A DNA stretch of 64,000 bases from the NCBI RefSeq assembly GCF_001194135.2, contig NC_069006.1, forward strand, positions 9,478,326 through 9,542,325, read 5' to 3'. Of this stretch, positions 62,938 to 64,000 are shown piece after piece. Position 1 is the stretch's first letter, and every line of letters starts with the position of its first letter. The position numbers and the translations under genes were made by a program. This stretch comes from Octopus bimaculoides (taxonomy: Eukaryota). The notes beneath the pieces are model-generated. The model was not told the DNA's origin. It was given only the letters and a program-made list of their open reading frames with translations, and did not search any database.

Positions 62938-64000
62938 TTTATAAGATTTTGCTGTCAAATTCAACAAACATTTTTTACATGAAAGAAAATTACTGGAGAA
63001 TTTCCTTCGAATTCTTCCAAATCTTTCTGCTAAAACTGTATTGAAACCGTTTGTGGAAAAGAGAGAGAGAGAAAACACCAATGCAGCACCAACTGCTTCA
63101 ATTGGTCGCACACTACAAGATTCAACGGAACCTACTGAAGTAAGCTAGCACGTTCGCAGCATTATTACCAAGGGACATGGCGAGGCAAAGGTGTTGGAAA
63201 AGGCAAATGCCCTCACGGGCATCACCTGATACCTCGGTGGGGCAAAACGCCAACGATGACAAGAACTTTGCGGTTAGTAGCCCAGTCCTTCCGAGCGTCT
63301 CAAACGCCACAGGTTGGAAGAGTTAAGTTCACTGTCACGTCCCAATACTTCGGGATTTAAGACCAGCAACACCTAATAACCCCGGGAAACGTCGGTGTTG
63401 ACGTAGAGAAAAACATACTTACATATAGAGAGAGATTTTTTTTTTACTCGACCGGTACTTCATTATATGGACTGCAGAAGGATATGAACTCAGAACATTT
63501 TAAAGAGCTGTGGCTAAAATACTGCTGGGCAGTAAATTTAACTGGAGTTAATCTACATTGACTGAGGTTAGCCAACATTGTTAACCTATAAGAGCAAACA
63601 CGGAACCCGCTAGGATTACATATCCATCTTAACTGTTTTTGGGAACATATATTAAAAGATTTATGAATTTCCATCCATAAGTTCTCGTTATTATGGCGGC
63701 ACAACACTAATAACCTTCCCATAAAGTTACTCTGGAAGATGGGAATAATAAGCGATAGCCGGAATAAATAGCATAGGAGCTTTTTATGAGCGCACGCAAA
63801 ACAGTTTTACATAAACGAACTTAAAAGGAGATTATATACATTTATATATATATACATTTATATATATATATATATAGAGTTATTAATATTTCTAAGTCTC
63901 TCTAAAGGAGACTACGGCAGCGGTACTGGAAATTAATAGTTATCGCCAAGCCAACATGGCAGTCCCAAAATTAGGACGAAAGCTGCCGTGAATTAGCTCC

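Overview
Eukaryotic, AT-rich, repeat-dense draft-genome window with about 14 N gaps. The repeat families (OR/OK-like tRNA-SINEs, an RTE-tailed (ATG)n SINE, Tx1 and RTE LINE relics) point to an octopod cephalopod, probably Octopus. Only one protein-coding exon is confidently recognisable: a 604-nt minus-strand exon (12045-12648) of an SH2B/Lnk-family adaptor, covering the basic RFSLR motif and the start of the PH domain. Its upstream dimerisation exon and downstream PH/SH2 exons are not visible, so most of the window is probably intron or upstream sequence. The rest is SINEs, TTAA- and TA-type MITEs, decayed Tc1/mariner transposons, LINE fragments and microsatellites. There is no CRISPR array, rRNA or true tRNA. 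The best leads are: two minimal Penelope-type hammerhead ribozyme relics on the gene's sense strand, both with the same G12-to-A change; a MITE holding a perfect inverted 201-bp copy of adjacent DNA; a Tc1 whose long inverted repeats include the transposase 3' end; a duplicated element with paired 27/28-aa ORFs; a pre-miRNA-sized SINE fold-back; and several candidate alternative promoters. I found no convincing evidence of a wholly new multi-gene system. All identity estimates are by eye.
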